A DNA stretch of 64,000 bases from NCBI GenBank assembly GCA_002269645.1, contig NIVC01000038.1, forward strand, positions 1,364,001 through 1,428,000, in the 5' to 3' direction. The notes below the pieces were generated by a model. It was not told where the DNA came from, ran no database searches, and was given only the letters and a program-made list of their open reading frames with translations. This document shows positions 25,289 through 40,200 of the stretch, in pieces (the stretch's first letter is position 1; the number at the start of each line of letters is the position of its first letter). This DNA is from Macrostomum lignano (taxonomy: Eukaryota). The translations under genes were made by a program, and so were the position numbers.

Positions 25289-28200
25289 TTAAACCAGCCG
25301 TTTGGCCCGGCCCCGGCCAAATATCAGATCGCAGAGTCGGTCAACTACGAAACAGCCGACAAAGTCTGCAGCCAGGACTTGCACGATTGTGTTGCGAAGC
25401 TGCGGGAGCCGTGTTGGAGTGATGCGGCATGGGGAGTTGGAAAGTGCGACTCGATTGGGATCTGGGAGCTGGGTTGGATCTGATGGGACTTGGTTGGGAT
25501 GTGGGTGAAATTTAGTTTGGGTTCTGGGTGGGATCTGATTGGGATCTGGTTGAGATCTCTGATTGGGATCTGATTTGGATCTGATTGGGATCTGGGTGGG
25601 ATCTGGGTGGGATCTGGGTGGGATCTGGGTGGGATCTGGGTGGGATCTGGGTGGGATCTGGGTGAAATCTGATTGGGATCAGGGAGCTGGGTTGGATCTA
25701 ATGGGATCGCGATGGGATGTGGGTGAAATTTTAGTTTGAGATCTAGGTGGGATCTGACTGGGATCTGATTAGGCTCTTCGTGGGATATGATTAGATCTGG
25801 GTGGGATCTGATTGGGATCTGGATGGGATCTGGGTGGGATCTGATTGGGATCTGGGTGGGATCTGGATGGGATCTGATTGGGATCTGGTTGGGATCTCTG
25901 ATTGGGATCTGATTGGGATCTGGTTGGGATCTGGTTGGGATCTGGTTATGATCTGGGTGGGATCTGACTGGGATCTGATTGGGATCTGATTGGGATTTAT
26001 TTGGCATCTGATTGAGATTTAGGTGGGATCTGGTTGGGATCTGATTGAGATCTGATTGGGATCTGGTTGGGATCTCTGATTGGGATCTGATTGGGATCTG
26101 GTTGGGATCTGGTTGGGATCTGGTTATGATCTGGGTGGGATCTGACTGGGATCTGATTGGGATCTGATTGGGATTTATTTGGCATCTGATTGAGATTTAG
26201 GTGGGATCTGGTTGGGATCTGATTGAGATCTGATTGGGATCTGGGTGGGATCTGACTGGGATCTGATTGAGATCTGATTGGGATCTGGTTGGTTGGGATC
26301 TGATTAGGATCTGACTGAGATCTGATGGGGATCTGATTGGGATCTGGTTGGGATCTGATTGGGATCTGACTGAGATCTGACAGAAAGTTGAATAATTCCG
26401 ATTCCGATTCCGAAAACACAGCTCACTTACATTATTATCGATTTCGACCAGGCTGAACTGCTCGCAGAGCTCAGGCATGTAGCCGCTAGCCAGAGAGAAC
26501 ACCAGGCCAGTAGCGGTGGTAATGCTGTACAACAGCGGCTTATTCTCCATTAGCGATTCCATAAACGGGTGTCCTTTGTAATTAACAGCGAATGCGTTGA
26601 TTTGCATAGAGATGGAGATCAAATAAACAACGCTGTTGAGGATGTTCGGCTTGAATTCTGCTTCCAGATCCACGAATTCGCCTTCTTTGCTGATAAGTTA
26701 AAGAAAAAAACAAAAAATAGAGTACATAATAATAGTAGCTTACTTACAGTAGAAAAGTTGGGACATGGCAAGTATTTTTTGTGGGAATTCAAAACAAAAA
26801 ATTACAAAATACGAACCGCATGCGCTAAATTGGCTACTTACAGCTGTGGCATCAGCGCTTTTGCCTCTCGGGTTAGGAAAATTAACGAAGCAAAGTGAAT
26901 GACGAATTGCAGGAACACAGTCAGCAGAGTGTACGCGTTGAATATGTTCGGCAGAGGTCGACGAGCCGACAAAGTTGTTAGCGGCTAAAATGTAAGAAAA
27001 AGTGTGTAATATATGAAAAAATAATAGGGATTAGAGCCGCTTAGATTAAATTTACAGTTAATAAAAATTTTTCACTTTCAGTTGATCAAACAAAACCCAT
27101 TGTATTTCACTTACGGTACCTCGAACAAAACAGGATTATATTTTACTTCCCGTTCGCTAAACAGAAGCCAATATGTCACACTACCGGTTCCTCAAACAGA
27201 AGTCATTATATCACACTACCGGTTCCTCAAACAGAAGCCAATATATCACACTACCGGTTCCTCAAACAGAAGTCATTATATCACACTACCGGTTCCTCAA
27301 ACAGAAGCCATTATATCACACTACCGGTTCCTCAAACAGAAGTCATTATATCACACTACCGGTTCCTCAAACAGAAGCCAATATATCACACTACCGGTTC
27401 CTCAAACAGAAGTCATTATATCACACTACCGGTTCCTCAAACAGAAGCCATTATATCACACTACCGGTTCCTCAAACAGAAGTCATTATATCACACTACC
27501 GGTTCCTCAAACAGAAGCCATTATATCACACTACCGGTTCCTCAAACAGAAGCCATTATATCACACTACCGGTTCCTCAAACAGAAGTCATTATATCACA
27601 CTACCGGTTCCTCAAACAGAAGTCATTATATCACACTACCGGTTCCTCAAACAGAAGCCATTATATCACACTTCCGGGTCGCCAAACAGAAGCCAATATA
27701 TCACACTTCCGGGTCGCCAAACAGAAGCCAATATATCACACTTCCGGGTCGCCAAACAGAAGCCAATATATCACTTCCGGTTCCTCCAACAAAGCCATTA
27801 TATCACACTTCCGGTTCCTCAAACAGAAGCTATTATATCACTCCCGGTTCCCCAAACAGAAGCCAATATATCACACTTCCGGGTCCCTAAACAGAAGCCA
27901 ATATATCACACTTCCAATATATCACAGACATTATTTCTCACTTCCTTGAGACGGTTCCTCAAACAGAAGCTATTATATCACTTCCGGTTCCTCAAACAGA
28001 AGCCATTATATCCTTCTCCCGGTTCCCCAAAGACAAGCCCCGACTGCATTACCTTAGACCGCGAAATGAACAGGAAGCAGGCGGCCAGCACGAGTCCCTG
28101 CAGAGTGGCCTGGCCGTCAGAAAACTTTACGCCGTCCAAATAGAGCACAGACTGCGAGTAGGCGTAGATCAGGGCATTGATGGCCAGGATTTTAAACATC

Positions 28201-31200
28201 TGCAGAGTGGTGACCAGGGTGCAGCGGCCCTGCTTCACAATGTTGCAAACGCACGTGACCGAGGCCAGCTTGTAGCTGAAGGGGGCGGCAATGGTGGCGT
28301 CGCCAGGGCGGACAAGGGGAGCGTCGGCCTCCTTTAGCATCTCGTTCAGATCGCGCTGCGCCTTCTCCAAGCGCTGGCGCTGCGCCTCGGCGCGATCGCG
28401 CGGCGCCGGCTGCGGCTCCTTGAGGGCGATTGTTCATGGGGAATTAATATTGGCGATTGTTCATGGAGAATTAATATTGGCGATTGTTCATGGGGAATTA
28501 ATATTGGCGATTGTTCATGGGGAATTAATTGGCGATTGTTCCCAGGGAATTAGTATTGGCGATTGTTCATGGGGAATTAATATTGGCGATTGTTCATGGA
28601 GAATTAATATTGGCGATTGTTCATGGGGAATTAATATTGGCGATTGTTCATGGGGAATTAATATTGGCGATTGTTCATGGGGAATTAATATTGGCGATTG
28701 TTCATGGGGAATTAATATTGGCGATTGTTCATGGAGAATTAATATTGGCGATTGTTCATGGGGAATTAATATTGGCGATCGTTCATGGGGAATTAATATT
28801 GACGATTGTTCATGGGGAATTAATTGGCGATTGTTCCCAGGGAATTAGTATTGGCGATTGTTCATGGGGAATTAATATTGGCGATCGTTCATGGGGAATT
28901 AATATTGACGATTGTTCATGGGGAATTAATTGGCGATTGTTCCCAGGGAATTAATATTGGCGATTGTTCATGGGGAATTAATATTGGCGATTGTTCATGG
29001 GGAATTAATATTGGCGATTGTTCATGGGGAATTAATATTGGCGATTGTTCATGGGGAATTAATATTGGCGATTGTTCATGGGGAATTAATTTTGGCTTTT
29101 CTTCATTTGCACTGAATTTTGGCGATTTTTATTTAGTTCATTTATTTCCATATTTTCAGTCATATTTACTAAAACTAAGAAAAAATTCTCATTCTCAAAA
29201 TTAACAGCTCACAGGTTGCCGCCTAGCAGGTGCTGCAGCAGGCGCAGGTTCAGTTTTAGCAGCAGCAGAAGATGGAAGAGTTTCCGGGGCATTAGCAAAG
29301 ATAGCTACGCCAACGTGAGCATGCTTCAGTGCACCAACATCGTTAGTGCCATCACCGCACATGAGAGTAGCATAGCCGCGATCCTTGAGCACAGTAACAA
29401 TGAGTTCTTTCTGTTTCGGCTTCATCCTAGCAAACACGCTGACAGCAGGCAGCAGGAGAGGCAGGAGTTTCGGAGTTGACAGTCTGAGATAATCCAGAGC
29501 CTCGCCAGTCAGACAGATACTGTGCTGCTTCAGCAGCTCGGCAACTATTCGTTTAGGCTTGTTAGCGGCCAGTTTCAAATCCAATTCTAAACAGTCTGAG
29601 TCATTGTCAATGCCAGTCCAGCTCCAGTCTTGTCCAGTCTGACTCAGAGATAGCAGAGGTTGCCTGGCGATCTTCAGTTGCTTAGCAACGTGACAAGCTG
29701 TGTAAGGATTATCACCGGTGATCATGCACACGTGATGCGATGAGGAGAGCAGCTCGCGTACTACAGACTTTGAAGTTGATCGGAGAGGACAGGAGACAGC
29801 GAGGAAGCCGCAGAAGGTGAGGTCGCGCTCCACGTCTGCGCGCTTGAGGGCGCGGAGCTGTCGAGTGGGATTTGAGCGAAACGTTTTATTAATAGTGTCA
29901 GGCTATGAAAAAAATCCCTATAATTTATAAACTCCCAGACTATGAAAAATCCCCATAATTTATGAAATCCCAGACTATGAAAATCCCCATAATTTATGAA
30001 ATCCCAGACTATGAAAAATCCCCATAATTTATGAAATCCCAGACTATGAAAAATCCCCATAATTTATGAAATCCCAGACTATGAAAAATCCCCATAATTT
30101 ATGAAATCCCAGACTATGAAAAATCCCCATAATTTATGAAGTCTCAGACTATGAAAAATCCCCATAATTTATGAAATCCCAGACTATGAAAAATCCTTAT
30201 AATTTATGAAATCCCAGACTACGAAAAATCCCCATAATTTATGAAATCCCAGACTATGAAAAATTCCCATAATTTATGAACTCCCAGACTGAAAAATCCC
30301 CATATATAAGAAATCCCAGACCCTAAAACGCTCTATCAAGTCTCATAAAGCCGCTCACATCCTGATGGTTCAGAGTCCCCAGCTGCCGGTAAGCCAAAGC
30401 CAGTACTCTGAAGCCGTCCTTAGCCAACTGGTTGGAGACTTTATCGTAAAACGGAGGCGGGTCAATCAGCATCTCTTTGAGTCGCTCCGGAGCGCCTTTG
30501 GCACAGACCATGTAGTGCGTGTCGGTGCTGCCCAGTGGAGTGTGCCCGGCAACAGTTGCCATGCGTTGCAGACTGCTGGAAAAGTGAAATCTGACGAACA
30601 CCTTTAAGGGATGGTGCTGGGCTCGACTAGCACTTGGTGGGATTACGGCTTCGCCTTTGGTCAGGGTCCAGCCAGTGGCTTTGAGGATCGCCTTCTCCAG
30701 TGGGTCGCCAAGTAAATCGTTGGTTTTATCCATGATTACCAGCGAGTGACAGGCGGCCATCACCTGTAGGAGCGGTGGCGATGAAGGAGGCGGCATGTGT
30801 ACATTAGTACATATGTACATTAGGACATGTGTACATTAGGACATGTGTACATTAGTACATTTGTACATTAGGACATGTGTACATTAGTACATTTGTACAT
30901 TAGGACTTGTGTACATTAGTACATTTGTACATTAGGACTTGTGTACATTGAGACATATGTACATTGGTACTTGTGTACATTTGGACATGTGGACATTGAG
31001 ATACGAGAATGAACGAGGGTTGTCCAAAAATTCTACATTGAGATGTGTACGGTGGGACATGTGTAAATTGGGGCATGTGTACATTGGGACATGTGTACAT
31101 TGGGACATGTGTACATTGGGACATGTGTACATTAGGACTTGTGTACATTGGGACATAAGTACATTGGTACTTGTGTACATTTGGACATGTGTACATTGGT

Positions 31201-34200
31201 ACATATATACAGTAGGACATTTGTACATTAGGAGTTAGGATATGTGTACATTGAGATACGAGCATGTAAGAGGTTTGTCCAAAAATTGTACATTGAAATG
31301 TGTACAGTGGGACATGTGTAAATTGGGCCATGCCTTCATTGGAACACGTGTACACAGAGAATACGTACATTGGGACATGCGTACACTTGTATAGCACAAA
31401 AGTACAAACCTGAACAGTCGCTTGTCCGCAGTTCTGTACTGTCTGAATCTCGTTAGGATTATCAGAGTCCAGGCCAGCTACACCGTCAACCACCATCTCG
31501 TCCCTAGTCAGGGTTCCAGTCTTGTCGAAACAGCAGATGTCCACTTTGCCGGCAAATGGTATACGGAACGGTTCCGTGCAGTAGATAAACAGGCGGTGCA
31601 GGGCCACTAGAGAGTTCTGGACTGCCAGGGACAGTTCAATGGGCAGTTCCGGTGGCACGACCGAGGTGATGATGAGGGTGCACTCCAGGAAGAGCTTGTA
31701 CCTGCTGCGCTTCGGGTCCTTGGTGCCCTGCGGATTGCGGATTCAATCGTGCAGCTTGAGTGCGGGGCGATTCTTCAGGTTGGGTTCAGGAGCGATTCTT
31801 CAGGTTGGGTTCAGGAGCGATTCTTCAGGTTGGGTTCAGGAGCGATTCTTCAGGTTGGGTTCAGGGGCGATTGTTCAGGTTGGGTTCAGGAGCGATTCTT
31901 CAGGTTGGGTTCAGGAGCGATTGTTCAGGTAGGGTTCAGGAGCGATTCTTCAGGTTGGGTTCAGGGGCGATTGTTCAGGTTGGGTTCAGGGGCGATTGTT
32001 CAGGTTGGGTTCAGGGGCGATTGTTCAGGTTGGGTTCAGGGGCGATTGTTCAGGTTGGGTTCAGGGGCGATTGTTCAGGTTGGGTTCAGGGGCGATTGTT
32101 CAGGTTGGGTTCAGGGGCGATTGTTCAGGTTGGGTTTAGGGGCGATTGTTCAGGTTGGGTTCAGGGGCGATTGTTCAGGTTGGGTTCAGGAGCGATTGTT
32201 CAGGTTGGGTTCAGGGGCGATTTTTCAGGTTGGGATCCGGGGCGATTCTTTAGGTGGGTTTCAGGGGCGATTGTTCAGGTTGGGTTCAGGGGCGATTGTT
32301 CAGGTTGGGTTCAGGGGCGATTGGTCAGATGGGGTTTAGGGGCGATTGTTCAGGTGGGGTTCAGGGGCGATTCTTCAGATTGGGTCCAGGGTTTAGGAGC
32401 GAGTGCTCAGGCAGTCTAGCAGACAATATCAAACGGATGTAAAAAAGCAAACCAACCTCAAGCCACACATAGGCTGAAGCGGCCAAAGCGAACACCAGCA
32501 GAAACGAGATGAACAGAAAAGTCTCCAAGTTATTAGCCGTCACCCGCTTCACTCCAAACAGTATAGTTTTTAGTAGGCGGCCCTGAGATGTTTGAAATCC
32601 ATTGCGCAACACGTAGCAGATGCAACCATTGTCCGGGCTTTTGGTGCCGGCGCCCACCTGTGGCAATTTTTGACAAAGCGCTGAGCAAATCAGACTGGTA
32701 CTAACTAAACTAATCTGAATTTCAATCCTAAACTAACTTAAACTCGCACCTAAATACTACCCTAAATTGTCCTCCTAAACTAGCCTACATTTCCTCTAAA
32801 CTACTTTAAATTTCCTTTCTAAACTACCATAAAATCGCCCCCCCCCCACCAAACTACCCTTAAATCACCCCTAAACTAAACAAAAATCACCCCTCTAAAC
32901 TACCCTAAGCTCACCCCTAAACTACCCTCAAATTGTCCCCCCCCCTTAAACTGCCCCCTAAATTCCTCTGTTAACTACCCTAAATTTCGCTCCTAAACTA
33001 ACCTAAATTGTCACCTTAAACTAACCTAAAATTGCCCTTCTAAGCTACCCTAAAATCCCTCCTAAACCGTTCAAGTTTAAAATCGAACCCCCAAAGCCCG
33101 ACAGCTACATGAATAAATAATTAAACAAACCTTCTGAGGCGGAGTATGCTGTACAACTTTTGTACCACCGCTCAGAACGTGATGCTTCGCATCAGTGTCC
33201 AGACACAGCGACCTGTCATCCAGGATGCTCTCAGCTGGTTCCTTAGTAACTGGCACAGACTCTCCAGTCAGCATTGACTCGTCAACAATGCACTGGCCTC
33301 TCAGCAGCAACAGATCGCACGGGATCAATCGTTCCTTTTCTGATCGGCCTAAACTGACCAGATCCCCGGGTACCAGCTGACTGGAGTCCAACAGGTTCCA
33401 TTTCTTGTTTCTCAGAGTGTAGATAGGATAGGGCTTGTTCCCCATCTGCCTAATCTCTGCCATGTTGCGTAGCTGCTGTTGCACTAGGGTGCACTCGAAT
33501 ACCACCAGCATGCCCAGGGTGAACAGGCTGTAGTACCAGTAGTCATCGAGGCACCACAAACCAACGCAGAATACCTGCATTTATTAGCGAGTTGGGTTAT
33601 TTATTGCTTTAATCAGGAAAACTTGATTATGGTTAAAAGAGCTCTCAGAGAAAGATGAAAGAGGGAGATCTCAGAGAGATTGAAGGGAGAGATCTAAGGG
33701 AGTGGAAGGAAGATATCGAAGGGGAGATTGAAGGGAGAGATCTAAGGGAGTGGAAGGAAGATATCTAAGGGGAGATTGAAGGGAGAGATCTAAGGGAGTG
33801 GAAGGAAGATATCTAAGGGGAGATTGAAGGGAGAGATCTAAGGGGAGATTTAAGGGAGAGATCTAAGGGGAGATTTAAGGGAGAGATCTAAGGGGAGATT
33901 GAAGGGGAGATTGAAGGGAGAGATCTAAGGGGAGATTGGATGGAGAGATCTAAGGGGTGAAAGGGAGAGATCCAAGGGGAGATTGGAGAGAGAGATCTAA
34001 GGGGTGGAAGGGAGAGATCCAAGGGGAGATTGGAGGGAGAGATCTAAGGGAGTGGAAGGGAGAGATCTAAGGGGGTGGAAGGGAGAGATCTAAGGGGAGA
34101 TTGAAGGGAAAGATCTTAGGGAGTGGAAGGGAGAGATCTATGGGGGGATGGATGGAAGACAGAGATCTAAGGGAAAATTGGAGGGAGGGTTCTAAGAGGA

Positions 34201-37200
34201 GATTAAAGGTGAGGTTGAAGGGAGATCTCGGGGGACATTGAAGGGAGAGTAGATCTAAGGGATAAGTAGATCTAATAAAGACTGAATGAATACTTATAAA
34301 AACAAAACGCAAGGACAAAGAACAAACCTGGAAGACAAAGAATGGAGCAGTGGCTCTTTCAATAAACAGCTCACTGAATTTCGGAGGTACCATTTCCATA
34401 TTGTTGGTGCCAAACTGGTGGACAGCTTGTTGCAATTCCGATTCAGTCTCCATGCCTTTGGAGCTAAGGTAGTGAGACAGGTCTTTGTCAACAGGGAACT
34501 GCAACGGCTGGACGCTGTCCTTTGTCAAAAAGAATTTCTCTTTTTGAAAGAGGAACCAATAGTATGGTGTGGAGCCTTTATCAACAGTCTAAAAAGGTAT
34601 ATATTTTATTATTTTAACCTTTGTCTCACTAGATTTGACTCCTATCAAGATGTTATTCATTTTTTAAAGTTTCACTGCTTACTTGCTTCTCCAGTTTAAC
34701 AATTTCTGGACTACCATTGTTGGCAATTGGAACCACTTTAATGACATCGGCAGATTGGAGACTCTAAAAAATAGTTTGAGATGAATAGATCCAGAAAGAA
34801 CTTGACAGAAAATGTTTGCTTGACAAAATTTTTGCTTAACAAATAAATGTTGATAAAATTGCAATTTTTCTTATTTTTAAATAAGAATTTAAATAAATTA
34901 TTAAAAAACATTTTTATCAATTTAAATGATCTATATTCCTTTAAAAAACACAAAATATCCTATTACAAGCTTATTGGTTTATATTCTATAATTAATCTAT
35001 GCATTCAGCATATAATTTTTTAAATAAAAACTTAGTTTTTACACTTAAAATATATATACTTAAAACATATCTTTATATTTAATGATATTTAATATTTCTA
35101 AAACCTTTAGAATTTTAACATCAATTTAAATATCATTAAAGAATATTAAACTATAGACACTAAAATTTGCAAATAGTTATAGGAACTTCATTTATATTTA
35201 GAGATATTCCTATACTTTTATAAAATATTAATTTAAAAAAAAAAAAAATAAAAGATAATAAAAAATTGATTTTGAACCTATCAACAAAGCATAGACTAGA
35301 ATATATCAATTTTAGAATTAAGTAAAATGATTTGCTTTTTATTTTAATTGTAAATATGATATTATCAAGACTATAATATTGAAGATATCATTAATGTTAG
35401 AATTTTTGGTATGCATTTGGTTCCATCATGCATTCTAGTAGGCATTTAATCTAATCCAAAGATGAAATATAGATTTACACTAGCAATCTACGCCCCCCGT
35501 TGGGGAGCCAAAGAAATGCAATACACGTTTTTTAATAAGCTACATATTTCCTTGAAATCTAAAAAAATCTCCTGTCAAACCTTGTAAGCCTTGACATGTC
35601 AGTTATCCCCCCCACAAGCTTTAACATATCAACTTCCCCCATTGACATCTCAGCAATGCCCCCAATAAGCCTTGGAAATCTAAAAATATCTGTCAACCTT
35701 CTAACCCTAACCCTAGCCTAACCCTAACCCTAGCCTAACCCTAACCCTAACCTAACCCTAAAGCATTGAAATTTCAGTAATTCTCTCTGAGAGTCATTAT
35801 AGCACTACTACAGCATTATAGCGATTCCCTGCAAGCCTCGACATCGTAGGGATTCCCAAATGAATCTCTTAACTTCGACATGAAGCTTCTTTTATTTTTT
35901 ACATTACGCTTTTTTATCAGCGCCCCCCCCGTGGCGAGCCAACAAAGAATGCAATAAAAAATTGAGTAAAGTACATGAACTTTGAAATAGCCTCTGACTA
36001 TTGCTTTAACATCTCAGAAACCCCCCCCCGTAATCTAAGTTATTCTCTGAGAGCCTTGACATCTCAGTAATTCTCCCCAGCACAGCATTATAGCTTCATT
36101 TAATTTTTACATGACACCCTTCATGTCTGACATGACGCTTCTTTTATTCTACCATGATGCTTCTTAATATTTTAAATGACACTTTCATTACTTTTTAAAT
36201 GAGGCTTCTATGATTTTTTCATGACGCTTCTATGATTTTTACATGACGCTTCTATGATTTCTTACATGACGCTTCTACGATTTTTAAGATGACGCTTCTA
36301 TGATTTTTTAAATGACGCTTCTATGATTGTTTACATGACGCTTCTATGATTGTTTACATGACGCTTCTATGATTTTTTACATGACGCTTCTATGATTTTT
36401 TACATGACGCTTCTATGATTGTTTACATGACGCTTCTATGATTGTTTACATGACGCTTCTATGATTGTTTACATGACGCTTCTATGATTTTTTACATGAC
36501 GCTTCTATGATTTTTTACATGACGCTTCTATGATTGTTTACATGACGCTTCTATGATTTTTTAAATGACGCTTCTATGATTTTTTACATGACGCTTCTAT
36601 GATTGTTTACATGACGCTTCTATGATTTTTTAAATGACGCTTCTATGATTGTTTACATGGCGCTTCTATGATTGTTTACATGACGCTTCTATGATTTTTT
36701 AAATGACGCTTCTATGATTTTTTCATGACGCTGCTACGATTTTTTACATGACGCTTCTATGATTGTTTAAATGACGCTTCTATGATTGTTTACATGACGC
36801 TTCTATGATTGTTTACATGACGCTTCTATGATTGTTTACATGACGCTTCTATGATTGTTTACATGACGCTTCTATGATTGTTTACATGACGCTTCTATGA
36901 TTTTTTACATGACGCTTCTATGATTGTTTACATGACGCTTCTATGATTTTTTAAATGACGCTTCTATGATTGTTTACATGGCGCTTCTATGATTGTTTAC
37001 ATGACGCTTCTATGATTTTTTAAATTACGCTTCTATGATTGTTTACATGACGCTTCTATGATTGTTTACATGACGCTTCTATGATTGTTTACATGACGCT
37101 TCTATGATTGTTTACATGACGCTTTATGATTGTTTACATGACGCTTCTATGATTGTTTACATGACGCTTCTATGATTGTTTACATGACGCTTCTATGATT

Positions 37201-40200
37201 GTTTACATGACGCTTCTATGATTGTTTACATGACGCTTCTATGATTGTTTACATGACGCTTCTATGATTGTTTACATGGCGCTTCTATGATTGTTTACAT
37301 GACGCTTCTATGATTTTTAAATGACGCTTCTATGATTTTTTCATGACGCTGCTACGATTTTTTACATGACGCTTCTATGATTGTTTAAATGACGCTTCTA
37401 TGATTGTTTACATGACGCTTCTATGATTTTTTACATGACGCTTCTATGATTGTTTACATGACGCTTCTATGATTTTTTAAATGACGCTTCTATGATTGTT
37501 TACATGGCGCTTCTATGATTGTTTACATGACGCTTCTATGATTTTTAAATTACGCTTCTATGATTGTTTACATGACGCTTCTATGATTGTTTACATGACG
37601 CTTCTATGATTGTTTACATGACGCTTCTATGATTTTTTACATGACGCTTCTATGATTGTTTACATGACGCTTCTATGATTGTTTACATGACGCTTCTATG
37701 ATTGTTTACATGACGCTTCTATGATTTTTTACATGACGCTTCTATGATTGTTTACATGACGCTTCTATGATTTTTTAAATGACGCTTCTATGATTGTTTA
37801 CATGGCGCTTCTATGATTGTTTACATGACGCTTCTATGATTTTTTAAATGACGCTTCTATGATTTTTTCATGACGCTGCTACGATTTTTTACATGACGCT
37901 TCTATGATTGTTTAAATGACGCTTCTATGATTGTTTACATGACGCTTCTTTGATTGTTTACATGACGCTTCTATGATTGTTTACATGACGCTTCTATGAT
38001 TGTTTACATGACGCTTCTATGATTTTTTACATGACGCTTCTATGATTGTTTACATGACGCTTCTATGATTGTTTACATGACGCTTCTATGATTGTTTACA
38101 TGACGCTTCTATGATTTTTTAATGACGCTTCTATGATTTTTTAAATGACGCTTCTATGATTGTTTACATGACGCTTCTATGATTGTTTACATGACGCTTC
38201 TATGATTGTTTACATGACGCTTCTATGATTGTTTACATGACGCTTTATGATTGTTTACATGACGCTTCTATGATTGTTTACATGACGCTTCTATGATTGT
38301 TTACATGACGCTTCTATGATTGTTTACATGACGCTTCTATGATTGTTTACATGACGCTTCTATGATTTTTTAATGACGCTTCTATGATTGTTTACATGAC
38401 GCTTCTATGATTGTTTACATGACGCTTCTATGATTTTTAAATGACGCTTCTATGATTTTTTCATGACGCTTCTATGATTTTTTACATGACGCTTCTATGA
38501 TTGTTTAAATGACGCTTCTATGATTGTTTACATGACGCTTCTATGATTTTTTACATGACGCTTCTATGATTGTTTACATGACGCTTCTATGATTTTTTAA
38601 TGACGCTTCTATGATTGTTTACATGACGCTTCTATGATTGTTTACATGACGCTTCTATGATTTTTAATTACGCTTCTATGATTGTTTACATGACGCTTCT
38701 ATGATTGTTTACATGACGCTTCTATGATTGTTTACATGACGCTTCTATGATTTTTTACATGACGCTTCTATGATTGTTTACATGACGCTTCTATGATTGT
38801 TTACATGACGCTTCTATGATTGTTTACATGACGCTTCTATGATTTTTACATGACGCTTCTATGATTGTTTACATGACGCTTCTATGATTTTTTAATGACG
38901 CTTCTATGATTGTTTACATGACGCTTCTATGATTGTTTACATGACGCTTCTATGATTTTTTAATGACGCTTCTATGATTTTTTCATGACGCTTCTACGAT
39001 TTTTTACATGACGCTTCTATGATTGTTTAATGACGCTTCTATGATTGTTTACATGACGCTTCTATGATTGTTTACATGACGCTTCTATGATTGTTTACAT
39101 GACGCTTCTATGATTGTTTACATGACGCTTCTATGATTTTTACATGACGCTTCTATGATTGTTTACATGACGCTTCTATGATTGTTTACATGACGCTTCT
39201 ATGATTGTTTACATGACGCTTCTATGATTTTTTAATGACGCTTCTATGATTTTTTAATGACGCTTCTATGATTGTTTACATGACGCTTCTATGATTGTTT
39301 ACATGACGCTTCTATGATTTTTTAATGACGCTTCTATGATTTTTACATGACGCTTCTATGATTTTTTACATGACGCTTCTATGATTGTTTACATGACGCT
39401 TCTATGATTGTTTACATGACGCTTCTATGATTGTTTACATGACGCTTCTATGATTGTTTACATGACGCTTCTATGATTGTTTACATGACGCTTCTATGAT
39501 TGTTTACATGACGCTTCTATGATTGTTTACATGACGCTTCTATGATTTTTACATGACGCTTCTATGATTGTTTACATGACGCTTCTATGATTGTTTACAT
39601 GACGCTTCTATGATTTTTTACATGACGCTTCTATGATTGTTTACATGACGCTTCTATGATTGTTTACATGACGCTTCTATGATTTTTACATGACGCTTCT
39701 ATGATTTTTACATGACGCTTCTATGATTGTTTACATGACGCTTCTATGATTTTTACATGACGCTTCTATGATTTTTATGACGCTTCTATGATTTTTACAT
39801 GACGCTTCTATGATTGTTTACATGACGCTTCTATGATTTTTACATGACGCTTCTATGATTGTTTACATGACGCTTCTATGATTTTTTACATGACGCTTCT
39901 ATGATTGTTTACATGACGCTTCTATGATTTTTTACATGACGCTTCTATGATTTTTAATGACGCTTCTATGATTGTTTACATGACGCTTCTATGATTGTTT
40001 ACATGACGCTTCTATGATTGTTTACATGACGCTTCTATGATTTTTACATGACGCTTCTATGATTGTTTACATGACGCTTCTATGATTGTTTACATGACGC
40101 TTCTATGATTGTTTACATGACGCTTCTATGATTGTTTACATGACGCTTCTATGATTTTTTACATGACGCTTCTATGATTTTTAATGACGCTTCTATGATT

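Noticed and set aside
27082-28143. 353-aa plus-strand ORF
   Set aside because: It is a 35-bp minisatellite within ATP13A1 intron 9, antisense to the gene.
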